Shown here piece after piece: positions 13,003-13,196 of a stretch of DNA of 13,196 bases; position 1 is the first letter of the stretch; every line of letters begins with the position of its first letter. The translations under genes were made by a program, and so were the position numbers. Below the pieces are notes generated by a model, which saw only the letters and a program-made list of their open reading frames with translations, made no database searches and was not told where the DNA came from. The stretch comes from a virus. Location: positions 1 to 13,196 of IMG/VR virus record IMGVR_UViG_3300045988_123862. One strand, written 5' to 3'.

Positions 13003-13031
13003 AGTATACCACACTACACCGCCATTGTCAA
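13003..13031 (-). promoter_or_regulatory. Sigma-A type promoter, inner one in the right ITR (mirror of 166-194)
   Basis: Reverse complement reads TTGACA-17-TGgTATACT and faces inward. Confidence 0.7.
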
Positions 13032-13047
13032 TGAATAATTTGTAAAC

Positions 13048-13076
13048 ATTATATTTTTCTTTTATGTATTTGTTAA
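13048..13076 (-). promoter_or_regulatory. Sigma-A type promoter, outer one in the right ITR (mirror of 121-149)
   Basis: Reverse complement reads TTAACA-17-TATAAT and faces inward toward CDS 12912..12628. Confidence 0.6.
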
Positions 13077-13137
13077 TCTTATTTAACTAAATATTTTTGC
13101 TCTTTATCGCGTAAGGGTATTATTTTTTATTTGCACT

Positions 13138-13196
13138 CGCTTCACCGCTTTACCACTTTACTACACTAAAGCATTGCTTACGCTTTAGCACTTTAG
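13138..13196. repeat. Mirror copy of the terminal octamer reiterations at the right end
   Basis: Reverse complement of 1-59, as part of the ITR. Confidence 0.7.

Larger units (their letters stand above)
1..13196. mobile_element. Complete linear genome of a small phi29-like (protein-primed, picovirus-type) podophage
   Basis: Perfect inverted repeats lie exactly at both window ends. Between them is a full gene set: connector, lower collar, MCP, tail knob, SSB, TP candidate, protein-primed PolB, gp16-type ATPase, holin and endolysin. AT-rich sequence, GGAGG/GGGGTG Shine-Dalgarnos, TTG starts and a CHAP lysin point to a Gram-positive host. Confidence 0.85.
12921..13196. repeat. Right inverted terminal repeat (276 bp)
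   Basis: Exact reverse complement of 1-276. Confidence 0.97.

Noticed and set aside
1-13196. The ITRs as an assembly artefact, or the window as a circularly permuted genome.
   Set aside because: Circular or concatemer assemblies produce direct terminal repeats, not inverted ones. A perfect 276-bp inverted repeat ending exactly at both termini, together with a protein-primed polymerase, is the expected biology.
1-13196. A temperate lifestyle, or identity as a transposon or linear plasmid.
   Set aside because: No integrase, recombinase, transposase, partition ATPase or CI-like repressor module was recognised. The full virion gene set argues for a phage, and the HTH protein alone does not establish lysogeny.

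Overview
The window reads as one complete 13,196-bp linear genome of a very small phi29-like podophage with protein-primed replication, probably from a low-GC Gram-positive host. Perfect 276-bp inverted terminal repeats (1-276 / 12921-13196) sit exactly at both ends. Each ITR carries terminal octamer reiterations, two inward-facing near-consensus sigma-A promoters, a 16-bp palindrome and a Shine-Dalgarno, so the two end genes share an identical control region. I call 17 CDSs, 16 on + and 1 on -. In order: HTH protein, two small Zn-ribbon proteins, a small 2-TM protein, BhlA/UviB-like holin, CHAP endolysin, phi29 p5-like SSB, gp10-like connector, gp11-like lower collar, small ORF, gp8-like major capsid, small ORF, gp9-like tail knob, terminal-protein candidate, protein-primed family-B DNA polymerase, gp16-like packaging ATPase, and a divergent right-end orphan. 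I saw no tRNA, rRNA, CRISPR, integrase or transposase. The main unexplained signal is the palindrome GTTGCAACGTTGCAAC: 7 exact copies, 2 one-mismatch copies and extra half copies. One copy sits ahead of essentially every gene module, including three copies inside CDSs. They are too close to start codons to be sigma-A promoters. I interpret them as a genome-wide punctuation, operator or roadblock system, possibly read by the ITR-proximal HTH protein; this is untested. All homology statements rest on motif recognition from memory, not on searches.
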